Source: Alphaproteobacteria bacterium bin98
GTDB lineage: Bacteria > Pseudomonadota > Alphaproteobacteria > Bin98
DNA length: 64,000 nucleotides
Reading direction: 5' to 3'
Assembly (NCBI GenBank): GCA_002238905.1
Contig: MPNG01000004.1
Location: 8,461 to 72,460, forward strand
Below are positions 39,194 to 48,108 of the stretch, one piece after another; position 1 is the first letter of the stretch, and every line of letters starts with the position of its first letter. The position numbers were made by a program, and so were the translations under genes. The notes under the pieces were generated by a model that made no database searches, had not been told where the DNA came from, and saw only the letters and a program-made list of their open reading frames with translations.

Positions 39194-40276
39194 ATGTTGG
39201 GAGGCTTTCGTACAGCGCTGCTAGTAGCGCTCTTTATATCATTATTCTGTAACGCAGCGCCGATGCGTGTGGGCGTTATGACATCATCACCACCTTTTGC
39301 ATGGCAAAAGGAAGATGGGTCGTTTCATGGTGCCAGTTTAGACTTATGGTCGGCTATTGCAGAAAAAAATAATTATCGTTTTGAATATGTTTCTGCTGGT
39401 CAAAATATTCAGCAGGCATTAAATCTTTTGGATGCCAAAGAAATAGATGTTCTTGTGGGTCCTATTTCTGTGACAGAGGCACGTTACAAAAAGTATGACT
39501 TCACTCGTCCTTACTTTTTAAATCACTTATCTTTGATTGTTCCTGCAGCAGAAGCAGGAAGTCGTTGGCGTATGCTTGCAAGCGCTTTGTGGGAACCATT
39601 ATCCTTTGTGCTTCCTATTTTGCTTTGTGTGATTCTTGTGATGACTTGTTTCTTTTGTTTCTTTGATAGTGCTGCCAATCGTAAGAAACAACACAGCAAG
39701 CTACACTCCTTTTTTGATGCTTTTTGGGAAGTTGTTTTGATACTGATACAAGGTGAGATATTGCACGACACACGACACACTGGTAAGCGAATCTTGACAT
39801 TAATGTGGCTTATATCCTCTATTGGTCTCTTGTCGATTCTCATAGGAACCGTAACGTCATCTTTGACTGTTTTTGATGAAAAAGCTGAAAAAGCCTATCG
39901 TGTGCTACGCTCTGATTTAGAATCGCAAAAAATAGCTGTTGTGAAAGGCAGTGTGAGCGATCAAGAAGTTCTGCGAGTAGGGGCTGCGCCTGTGCGTGTT
40001 AAAACACGTATGGAAGCTGTGAAGCTTGTTCAAGAGAATGCCGTCTTTGGAATGGTGGATGACTTCTTGATTTTAAAATCTCTACGCTCAGAGAATTCAG
40101 GAATGCGCTCGACGCAACTTAATCTGAAAAATGATGAAATTGCCTTTGCGTTTCCAAAATCATCTCAGTACATTCAAGAGGTTAACAAAGCTATTCTCGC
40201 ACTGCAAGATACAGGAATGTCTGAAACTGTTTGTCGCAAGTACCTCGGCAAAGATGCAGTTTTGTGTTTGCTGTGA
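39194..40276 (+). CDS. ionotropic glutamate receptor-like ligand-gated channel (SBP_bac_3 S1 - M1 - pore loop - M2 - S2)
   Basis: periplasmic binding lobes split by two TM helices and a re-entrant segment FWEVVLILIQGE...RILTLMWLISSIGLLSILIGTVTSSLTV resembling iGluR pore/M3. Confidence 0.6.
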   Translation: MLGGFRTALLVALFISLFCNAAPMRVGVMTSSPPFAWQKEDGSFHGASLDLWSAIAEKNNYRFEYVSAGQNIQQALNLLDAKEIDVLVGPISVTEARYKKYDFTRPYFLNHLSLIVPAAEAGSRWRMLASALWEPLSFVLPILLCVILVMTCFFCFFDSAANRKKQHSKLHSFFDAFWEVVLILIQGEILHDTRHTGKRILTLMWLISSIGLLSILIGTVTSSLTVFDEKAEKAYRVLRSDLESQKIAVVKGSVSDQEVLRVGAAPVRVKTRMEAVKLVQENAVFGMVDDFLILKSLRSENSGMRSTQLNLKNDEIAFAFPKSSQYIQEVNKAILALQDTGMSETVCRKYLGKDAVLCLL

Positions 40277-40295
40277 TTGCTAAAAACATATCTGA

Positions 40296-40328
40296 GCTGT
40301 GGCGCTGAAGCGCCACAGCCTTTTTATT
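40296..40328 (+). terminator. rho-independent terminator
   Basis: perfect 10-bp stem gctgtggcgc/gcgccacagc, loop tgaa, followed by cttttta. Confidence 0.8.
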
Positions 40329-40489
40329 ACTCACTTGTTACTCCATATATGGGAGGTGTGTATTTAAGCAAGATAAGGCGTAAACCAATACCATCTTTAG
40401 TTAGATCTCTTTTAGCCACAACTTTTTCACTTCTACGATAGATCGTTCATTATGATGATGGTATTATGGATCATTATTAAGGAGTAAGA

Positions 40490-41698
40490 ATGAAGAGATT
40501 CATAGTATTAAGTATGTTTTTTACAAATCTATTGATTGGAAGTGAAGGCAGTATTGGAGCAGACGATAGAGAGACGTTGAATGGTGGTAAGCAGCGAACT
40601 GTTCTGCGAATTACTGTAAAGCAAAAAGTTTGTGGTGGGGTAGAAGTTGGTAATGACGTTGCAACGCGAGCTGTGGAGCAATCTGAACCTCCAATTTCTG
40701 TAACTCAACAAGTTTGTGATGCATTGGCAACAAAGGCTTGGGATACTGTATCTAAGGTGAGCAAAAATGATTCTCTACCTCCTGTAGTTTTGCAAGTTGT
40801 GCCTGATGGTTATTATTATGCTCAAGTTTTGAAAGGCGCTAAGGATGCAGGCATGGTGAAGTCAGTCATTCCTATCTCTGCAGAATTTTTTGATCCAGAA
40901 AACGCAATGGAGTTATACCATCAGAGGAAACGGGAAATCTGTCAAGATGAACCAGGAAACATCATTGTTTGTGATGCTGTTTTCGATACTGGCATGACGA
41001 TTGCAAAGATTTTGCTTGTATTGAAAAAGCAAAAACTGGACAGAAAATATCATCTTGCTTTTCTGTACCTTAAATCAAGTCTATGCGATGAAGAAGATAT
41101 TTATGCAGATGCACGCACTAGATTGGCAGAAGCAATGGCATCTGCTCAGACATGTAAACGCCCTTTTAATACACAAGTCGAGCAACACTTGAGTTGGATT
41201 AAAGACCATATCTTAAGCTTTTATGCAGCATCATGTCTAAGCAGCGGTGATATGCCAGGTAGGCTGGTGCTGCCTGCAGAGGACGGAAACCCTATAGATT
41301 CATCATGCCTAACAGATTTTGTGAGATCCATAACAAGTTCTGGCGCAGGTATGAGCAAATATAGTGTTTTGATTTGTTTTTCTTCTGAGATGAATGATTA
41401 TAAAGAAAATCAAGAATTGAGTAATCTATTGAACTACATGAGTGAGCATCCATTGCTTAAAGGCAGAGTGAGCTATGGCATTGGTTATCCTTCTAGTAAA
41501 CAAGGTGAAAAAGTTAAAGAGGTTTTTTTTGCACAAGATACAAGACCTAAAAACCGCGGTCGTGTATTGGGCATTGTTGCGCAAAAAGTGTTCGGTGATT
41601 ATACTGATTTTACAAAATATATCATTAGAAGTGAGGGGTTGAAAGATTTGTGTTACCCCAACCCAATTCCTTTGCTATATGGACAGTGTGATTGTTAA
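40490..41698 (+). CDS. secreted UPRT-like-fold family protein, member 2 (degenerate PRPP loop)
   Basis: SD aaggag; signal peptide; VVPDGYYY and IIVCDAVFDTGMT motifs; about 40% GC. Confidence 0.6.
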   Translation: MKRFIVLSMFFTNLLIGSEGSIGADDRETLNGGKQRTVLRITVKQKVCGGVEVGNDVATRAVEQSEPPISVTQQVCDALATKAWDTVSKVSKNDSLPPVVLQVVPDGYYYAQVLKGAKDAGMVKSVIPISAEFFDPENAMELYHQRKREICQDEPGNIIVCDAVFDTGMTIAKILLVLKKQKLDRKYHLAFLYLKSSLCDEEDIYADARTRLAEAMASAQTCKRPFNTQVEQHLSWIKDHILSFYAASCLSSGDMPGRLVLPAEDGNPIDSSCLTDFVRSITSSGAGMSKYSVLICFSSEMNDYKENQELSNLLNYMSEHPLLKGRVSYGIGYPSSKQGEKVKEVFFAQDTRPKNRGRVLGIVAQKVFGDYTDFTKYIIRSEGLKDLCYPNPIPLLYGQCDC

Positions 41699-41733
41699 TT
41701 AACGAAAACCAGCCAATTAAAAAATATTGAATA

Positions 41734-41773
41734 AAAGCGCAAAAATGACTCTTTGCGCTTTTAGTATTTTTTT
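41734..41773 (+). terminator. rho-independent terminator
   Basis: stem aaagcgcaaa/tttgcgcttt followed by T-run. Confidence 0.7.
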
Positions 41774-41800
41774 GTCACATCAGTCGTTTTTTTCTAGTGG

Positions 41801-42075
41801 ATTGTGCTAAAATCATTCTCGCGAACTGTAAATATGCACATAACAAAAGGAGATAAACTCTTGACGCCAAAGTGTATTTTGCAATTTTAAAGACTTAAAG
41901 TGTAAACATCGTGGCTAGAGAGTCTCTTTTTTTTTAAACAAAACCATCAAGGGCAATGTCGTATCTACGATATACAATTCATTATGATGATGCTATTAAG
42001 GATTATATTGGCGGCGTAAGAGTGAAGATGTTTATAATATTAAGTATTTTTTTTACAAATCTATTGCTGAAGTGA
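41801..42075 (+). pseudogene. mosaic remnant: promoter plus 5' end of member-4-type gene (41801-41965) followed by 5' end of member-2-type gene (41966-42075), both truncated by stops
   Basis: nucleotide similarity to 43392-43560 and to 40431-40545; ATG->TTG then TAA at 41888; second fragment stops at TGA 42073. Confidence 0.7.
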
Positions 42076-42103
42076 ATATAGTGCTTTTGACTCTAGTTGC
42101 GTT

Positions 42104-43357
42104 TTGAGAGACTCTTTGAAAGAGTGGGGGCGCTTGCAAGCTTTGGCACGTAAACCAGGTTACATGCTTGTTAAAAAAAATAGAAATGGCGTTTTTGTGA
42201 AAGAGAATGCTGACTCCGATCAAACGCTATTTGTGTGCAAAGATGGAGAGCAAATAGTGAAGCGTTGTGGTATCTGTGCAGGAGTCAGAAAGGTTCTTCC
42301 CACTATTGCCGTAAGTCAAAAAGTTTCTGATGAATTGGCCGCAGAAGCTTTGCGTTATACTTTAGGTTCAGTAGAGAAAAATTGTGAGCCCTCTCCTGTA
42401 ATTTTCCAAGTGGTGCCTGATGGTTATTATTATGGTGAAGCGTTGAAAGATGCTAAGATTTCAAGTATGGCGATACCAGTCATTGCAGCCTCTGAATCTG
42501 GTCTTGAGAGATTTGCAAATCACCCAGGAAACATCATTATCTGTGATTCTATTTTAGATACTGGAGAGAAGTGTGCAAAGATTTTGCTTGTATTGAGAAA
42601 TCAACAACCGCACAGAAAATACTATCTTGCTTTTCAGTACTTAAAAGAAGATTATTATGCACTCAATGTGACTGCATCTGCACGCCATACCCCTATAAAT
42701 GCTCGATGGATATTGGCAACACGAATGGCACATATTGAGCTTCATATGCCAGAGGAGGCACAAATAAAGAAAAATTATTCTTGGATTCAAGAACATATCT
42801 TAAGCTTTTATGCAGCATCATGTCCAAGCAGGTGTGATATGTCCGGTTGGTTGATCCTTCCTGGAGAAGGCGGAAACCCTATAGAATCTCAATGCTCACT
42901 ATCTCTGATAGAGCACCTAAAACATGTAACCCATAATAGGCACTGTTATGTTTGTTTTTCTTCTGATGCGAGTGACTATGAAGCAAATCAAGTATTGCTA
43001 AAGTTATTGAACTACATGAGTGAGATTGCATGCTTTAAAAGCAGAGTGAGCTATGGCATTTGTGACTATCCTGCTGAGCATGAATCTGGAAAAATGGAAG
43101 AGGTTTTTGTACAAGATACAACACCTGCAAACCGTGATAATGTATATGGCTTCACTATGCAATTATTACAAGATCATCAGGATCATGTTTTTAGCGATTA
43201 TTGCATTGGATTGCCAGCGTTGTGTGACCAAATCCCTTATCCAACAAACCCAGTGCCTTTGGGACCTGCAGAGTGTATGAAAGTTCACAAGCCAAGAGCT
43301 TTAAATGTTATCGCAAAATATTTAATAAAATCGCAAAGATCACTCTTTTTTCTTTGA
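42104..43357 (+). CDS. UPRT-like-fold family protein, member 3; TTG start, no signal peptide in frame (possible pseudogene or leaderless variant)
   Basis: about 55% aa identity to member 2 (NIIICDSILDTGEK, SWIQEHILSFYAASC, LLNYMSE); upstream signal-peptide remnant is in another frame. Confidence 0.5.
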   Translation: MRDSLKEWGRLQALARKPGYMLVKKNRNGVFVKENADSDQTLFVCKDGEQIVKRCGICAGVRKVLPTIAVSQKVSDELAAEALRYTLGSVEKNCEPSPVIFQVVPDGYYYGEALKDAKISSMAIPVIAASESGLERFANHPGNIIICDSILDTGEKCAKILLVLRNQQPHRKYYLAFQYLKEDYYALNVTASARHTPINARWILATRMAHIELHMPEEAQIKKNYSWIQEHILSFYAASCPSRCDMSGWLILPGEGGNPIESQCSLSLIEHLKHVTHNRHCYVCFSSDASDYEANQVLLKLLNYMSEIACFKSRVSYGICDYPAEHESGKMEEVFVQDTTPANRDNVYGFTMQLLQDHQDHVFSDYCIGLPALCDQIPYPTNPVPLGPAECMKVHKPRALNVIAKYLIKSQRSLFFL

Positions 43358-43394
43358 TTATTGTTTCTTCTAACGTTTTTTTTTAGTTTTACTG

Positions 43395-43403
43395 TGCTAT
43401 AAT
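43395..43403 (+). promoter_or_regulatory. extended -10 element TGcTATAAT for member 4
   Basis: TGnTATAAT 45 nt upstream of ATG; the same element, slightly degraded, sits in the remnant at 41804. Confidence 0.45.
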
Positions 43404-43449
43404 CCTTCTAGCGAGGGCAACTGTAGAGCCCATAACAAAAGGAGATATA

Positions 43450-45057
43450 ATGTTGACGCCAAAGTGTATTTTGCTAATGTTTTTAGCAATTTCAAATATT
43501 CAAAGTGAAAACATCGGGGCTAAAGAGCCTCTTTTTTTTAATAAAACACCATCAAGAGAAGTATCGTACATAAGGACACCGCACTATCACACTTCTGATC
43601 CAGATCAAGTCCAACAAAGTGCACCTGTCTCTTTTGATCATATGACAAAAATGCTTGGACCTATTGATAGAGGTGCGCAGTTATTTTGGTTTAAGCATGA
43701 TGATAAGGATCAATATACGCTTATGCTCGCGCCTTCTGAGCGCCTCACAAAACTTTTTGTGATAGTGGCATTGGCTGAAAAATGTCAGCAGATTATAACA
43801 GAAGGTGGTGCGTGGGAAGATATAATGCTTGTTTTGCCAATGCGTGGTGGCACAATTGCAATGGATAAGGGTATGGATATCGACAGCCGTGATGAATGCA
43901 TTGCAGCTCTTACAGAGCTAGGTGTGAGTAAGGATATCCTAGACTTTCTTAAGGAAAATTTTGAACGCATTCGCCATCTTCCTATGTTGCCATTAACGAT
44001 ACAAAGTTTGGTAGGTCGTCAAGTTCAGCAGGATATGCGATTGGGAGATTTAAGCACTGTAACCGCTGAAAAACAACTTATTGTTTGTGACGATCTTGCG
44101 GATACGTTTAGTACGCAAGCGCGCACTATAATGTATATTCTTGATACTTTGCAGGCAAGAGGCGTTATTTTAGAGAAACCTATTGCGCTAGCAGTAGGAT
44201 GTGTGAAAAATGGGCGCCAAGAAGACGTTTCTTTAAAGTGTGGTGATGTACCTGTTAAACTTTTGCAAAAGAAACTGCGTGGCACTGTTGATGAAAGAAT
44301 TGATTTCTTCTTTAACAAAGCTATATGGGAAAATATGATGCAAAAGGATGCAGATTTTTTGAAAAAATTGAATGAAATCGCACAACCAGCAATGCGTCAG
44401 AAGTTAGCTGAAGAGTTTTATACAGCACACAAAAAAGCGATTGAAGATGCAGCGTATAATCTTTACGGATCTCATCTGGATCGTAGTGTAACAAAAGCTC
44501 TTGCTGTTAATACGTTTGTTGATCAAGGATGGACAACAAAAGATTGTGTGGACAATCTTTGGATTGCTTTGCATCAAGTAACGGTAAACTCTTACGCCAA
44601 AGGATCTATGCTGGATATTGTACAGGCCGACTTGTCACAGTATAATTTGGTATTGTTCCCTATGGCTTCTGATGGTAGACATGTGTATGATACAGGTGCT
44701 AATTATAGTAATGAAGCGGAGGAATGGGCTGATTCGATTGGTATGAAGTCTCCTATGCAGTGTCAGTCGCCGATTTATGTGCATGGAAAATCATTCATGC
44801 AAAACGTTAAGGGTAATTATCGGAAGGTGCTGGTTTATGTACCAAAGAAGCTACCGGCATACCTATCCTTTACAAGCGAAGACATGAAGAAGGCTCTTGC
44901 AACAGAAATGCCACACGCAACCATTAGGGTGTATGATCAAGATGCTCAACGTCCACAACCGCTTCCTGCAGGGGGAGCAAAAATTCTTGAGGAAACAAAA
45001 GTGATTACTCAAGAAGAATTGAAAAAGTGTGTGCAGTTAACTGCTCAAAATCACTAA
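43450..45057 (+). CDS. secreted UPRT-like-fold family protein, member 4 (degenerate PRPP loop, long C-terminal domain)
   Basis: signal peptide MLTPKCILLMFLAISNIQS; LVLPMRGGTIAM; LIVCDDLADTFST; about 35% GC. Confidence 0.6.
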   Translation: MLTPKCILLMFLAISNIQSENIGAKEPLFFNKTPSREVSYIRTPHYHTSDPDQVQQSAPVSFDHMTKMLGPIDRGAQLFWFKHDDKDQYTLMLAPSERLTKLFVIVALAEKCQQIITEGGAWEDIMLVLPMRGGTIAMDKGMDIDSRDECIAALTELGVSKDILDFLKENFERIRHLPMLPLTIQSLVGRQVQQDMRLGDLSTVTAEKQLIVCDDLADTFSTQARTIMYILDTLQARGVILEKPIALAVGCVKNGRQEDVSLKCGDVPVKLLQKKLRGTVDERIDFFFNKAIWENMMQKDADFLKKLNEIAQPAMRQKLAEEFYTAHKKAIEDAAYNLYGSHLDRSVTKALAVNTFVDQGWTTKDCVDNLWIALHQVTVNSYAKGSMLDIVQADLSQYNLVLFPMASDGRHVYDTGANYSNEAEEWADSIGMKSPMQCQSPIYVHGKSFMQNVKGNYRKVLVYVPKKLPAYLSFTSEDMKKALATEMPHATIRVYDQDAQRPQPLPAGGAKILEETKVITQEELKKCVQLTAQNH

Positions 45058-47648
45058 GACCGTACAGCATCAAAGCGCGCAAGAGACTCTTGCGCAGCTT
45101 TGATGCTTTCTTGTAAAGAAACCACCTTATTGCGCCAAAGATCTTTTGTTTCTGCAGGGGCTTTTATTTGCTTGTTGATTTTATTCTGAAGAGATTCAGT
45201 ATGCGCTTGTATTTCTTTGATTTTTTTGTGCAGCAGATCTTGTTCATTGTTAATATCCATGTGCGGCGCAGTGATAAAGAGGGAGGTTTTTCCAACAGCA
45301 ACGCGTAAGGTTAGAGGCGCCTTTGATCGATCGCACCATATCACATCAAGTGGGCACATATGAGAAAAGAGTGATGAAAACAGTGAAAACTGCTTTTTGA
45401 CCTCTGAATCTTCGCTCCATAAGGCGCAGACCATGTCTGTGCTGGGAAGGTGCTTATGGTAGGATCTCACTTGATTAACCACATCTTGAAACCACTGCAT
45501 AGAGGCAGGTTCCGATGTGCTGTTTTGCGCTGTTGGCCATGGATGAAGCGCTAAAGCATTTTGTTGCTCAAAGGACTGCCAGATTTCTTCTGTGATATGT
45601 GGTGCGTAAGGATGAAGTAATATCAAAAACCTTTGTAAACAGAATCCAAATGTTGCATATGTTTCGGGAGCGTATTCTTCTTCTGCGAACAGCGGTTTTG
45701 TGCCCTCGATATACCAATCACAAAAGAAGTGCCAAAACGCTTTATATAATGTGAGCGCTGCTTCTTGAAATCCGTAAGTGTTTAACGATTTTGTAATCGC
45801 TGTGGTGGTTTCATTAATGATGTGTAGCACCCATTGATTCAGGGGGTGTGCTGGTGTAGGCTCTGCGTGTATAAGCGAGACGTTGTTCATGTGTGCGTAA
45901 CGTGCGGTATTCCATATTTTAGTGCAAAAGTTACGCATAGAAACGATGGTTTGTGGTGATAGTCGCACATCTTGTCCAGGAGAGGCGCTGTACATGAGCG
46001 TTAAGCGCAGGCTATCGGCACCGTATTCTTCCAAAATAGAAAGAGGATTGACAACGTTTCCTTTAGATTTAGACATTTTTTGGCCTTTTTCATCACGAAT
46101 AAGTCCATGAATTAACACATGACGAAAAGGAACAGTGTTTGTGAGTTGCAGGGACATCATCATCATTCGTGCAACCCAAAAGAAAATAATATCAAAACCT
46201 GTGACCAAAACGCTGGAAGGAAAATGTTCCGGGTGTGGTGTTTTTGTGGGCCAGTCGAGTGTGGCAAACGGCCATAGGCCAGAAGAAAACCATGTATCTA
46301 ACACATCGTTGTCTTGCTGTAGTGTTGTGGGTTTTCCATAATGTGTGAAGGCTTGTTCTTGTGCTTCTTGTTCTGAATGAGCCACAAAGTAATGGTTGTC
46401 AGGACCCCACCATACAGGAATGCGATGGCCCCAATAAATTTGACGTGAAATACACCAAGGCTCAATATTATCTAGCCATTGCTGAAACACTTTCCCCCAA
46501 CGCGATGGAAAAAATTGTACATCGCCCTTTTTAAAAGCGATCAGAGATTTTTCAGCCATTGGTTTGGTGTCTACAAACCACTGATCGGTCAGAAATGGCT
46601 CTATGACTGTGTTAGAACGGTCTCCGTAAGGCACTGTGTGATTACAAGATTCCTCTTGCACAATGTGATTTTTTGAGGCGAGTTCTTGCAGAATTTGTTT
46701 GCGCGCTTTGAATACAGAAAGGTTGTGGTAGTGAGCAGGTGTGCGTTCGTTGAGAGAACCATCTTTGTTTAAAATATTGACACTATCAAGATTATGACGT
46801 TTTCCAACAGCGTGATCATTAAAATCGTGTGCAGGAGTAATTTTAACCACACCAGATCCCTTATCTGGTTGGGCGTGATGATCTGCTATGATGGGAATTT
46901 CTTTATTGATAATGGGAATAAACGCTTTTTTTCCAATAAAGTTTTGATAGCGCTCGTCGCTGGGGTGTACTGCAAGAGCTGTGTCACCAAACAAAGTTTC
47001 TGGACGTGTTGTGGCGACTGTTAAGGGAGTGATCTCTGTTTCATAAGTAATATGATAGAGTGTGCCTTTTTGTTCTTTTTGGAGGATTTCAAGATCAGAA
47101 ATGGCTGTTTGTAGTTTTGTGTCCCAATTTACTAACGTTTTTTTTCTAAAAATAAGACCTTGCTGGTGTAGGCGTACAAAAGCGGTGGTTACTGCGTGAG
47201 AGAGGCCTGTATCCATTGTAAAGCGGGTACGCTCCCAATGGGCACTTGTGCCAAGTGTTTTGAGCTGGTTCAGAATGGTGTCGTTATAAAGGTGCTTCCA
47301 TTCCCATATATGCTTTAGTAATTCTTCGCGCGAGAGTGTGTGTGCGTTAATACCTTTTTCTGTGAGGTCTTGGATCACACGTGTTTGGGTTGCGATTCCT
47401 GCATGATCTGTGCCTGGTTGCCAAAGAATATTTTTTTGCTGCATGCGGTGAAATCGCATGAGTGCGTCCTGTAAAGAGAAAGTGAGTGCGTGGCCTACGT
47501 GCAATGATCCGGTGACATTAGCCGGTGGCATCATAATGGTAAAGGTGCCTTTTTCTTTTTGTGGCTCTTGATAATGCTCAATGCGGTGTTTTTTCCAAAC
47601 ATCACGGCTTTTTTGTTCAACGGTTGGCGCGTGATACTTTTTATCCAT
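45054..47648 (-). CDS. valS: valine--tRNA ligase
   Basis: HVGHALT, KMSKS, C-terminal coiled coil; 4-nt convergent overlap with member 4. Confidence 0.95.
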   Translation of the reverse strand: MDKKYHAPTVEQKSRDVWKKHRIEHYQEPQKEKGTFTIMMPPANVTGSLHVGHALTFSLQDALMRFHRMQQKNILWQPGTDHAGIATQTRVIQDLTEKGINAHTLSREELLKHIWEWKHLYNDTILNQLKTLGTSAHWERTRFTMDTGLSHAVTTAFVRLHQQGLIFRKKTLVNWDTKLQTAISDLEILQKEQKGTLYHITYETEITPLTVATTRPETLFGDTALAVHPSDERYQNFIGKKAFIPIINKEIPIIADHHAQPDKGSGVVKITPAHDFNDHAVGKRHNLDSVNILNKDGSLNERTPAHYHNLSVFKARKQILQELASKNHIVQEESCNHTVPYGDRSNTVIEPFLTDQWFVDTKPMAEKSLIAFKKGDVQFFPSRWGKVFQQWLDNIEPWCISRQIYWGHRIPVWWGPDNHYFVAHSEQEAQEQAFTHYGKPTTLQQDNDVLDTWFSSGLWPFATLDWPTKTPHPEHFPSSVLVTGFDIIFFWVARMMMMSLQLTNTVPFRHVLIHGLIRDEKGQKMSKSKGNVVNPLSILEEYGADSLRLTLMYSASPGQDVRLSPQTIVSMRNFCTKIWNTARYAHMNNVSLIHAEPTPAHPLNQWVLHIINETTTAITKSLNTYGFQEAALTLYKAFWHFFCDWYIEGTKPLFAEEEYAPETYATFGFCLQRFLILLHPYAPHITEEIWQSFEQQNALALHPWPTAQNSTSEPASMQWFQDVVNQVRSYHKHLPSTDMVCALWSEDSEVKKQFSLFSSLFSHMCPLDVIWCDRSKAPLTLRVAVGKTSLFITAPHMDINNEQDLLHKKIKEIQAHTESLQNKINKQIKAPAETKDLWRNKVVSLQESIKAAQESLARFDAVRS

Positions 47649-48108
47649 TGCGCTTTTGTGTTAGTGATTGCACAAGCGCTTTGATTTCTTTTTGAACGGA
47701 CCGCGTAACAATATCAGGAAGATTCTTATTGCACCACTCTGTGAGGATAGGGCGCAGCATGCGCTCAATGGCAAAATAAGCTTGTTCTACTTCTGATCGT
47801 TGTTTGCGTTGAATTTCCTCATTTAACGATGAAAGTGCTTGTCGTGTTTGTATTTCTGCTTCCGCAGACAAGAGTGTTTCTGCAGAGCATACAGGTTCAG
47901 GCTCGTTGGCGTTTTCCCAGCGATCATACTGAGGTGGCGTTGGAGCTGTTTTGTGTAAATCTAAAATATCCTCAGTGTTGGGAGGAGTTTGTGCAGGTGT
48001 TTCAGGGGTCTCATGCATTGCCTGACGGATAGAAGAAAGAATGTCTTCCATAGATGCACCATTTGCTAATGTTGCATCATTATTCATATCTTTTTTTAAA
48101 TCGCTCAT
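47641..48108 (-). CDS. DUF2497-family protein
   Basis: conserved C-terminal RMLRPILTEWCNKNLPDIVTRSVQKEI; conserved alphaproteobacterial tolC-DUF2497-valS order. Confidence 0.7.
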   Translation of the reverse strand: MSDLKKDMNNDATLANGASMEDILSSIRQAMHETPETPAQTPPNTEDILDLHKTAPTPPQYDRWENANEPEPVCSAETLLSAEAEIQTRQALSSLNEEIQRKQRSEVEQAYFAIERMLRPILTEWCNKNLPDIVTRSVQKEIKALVQSLTQKRNG

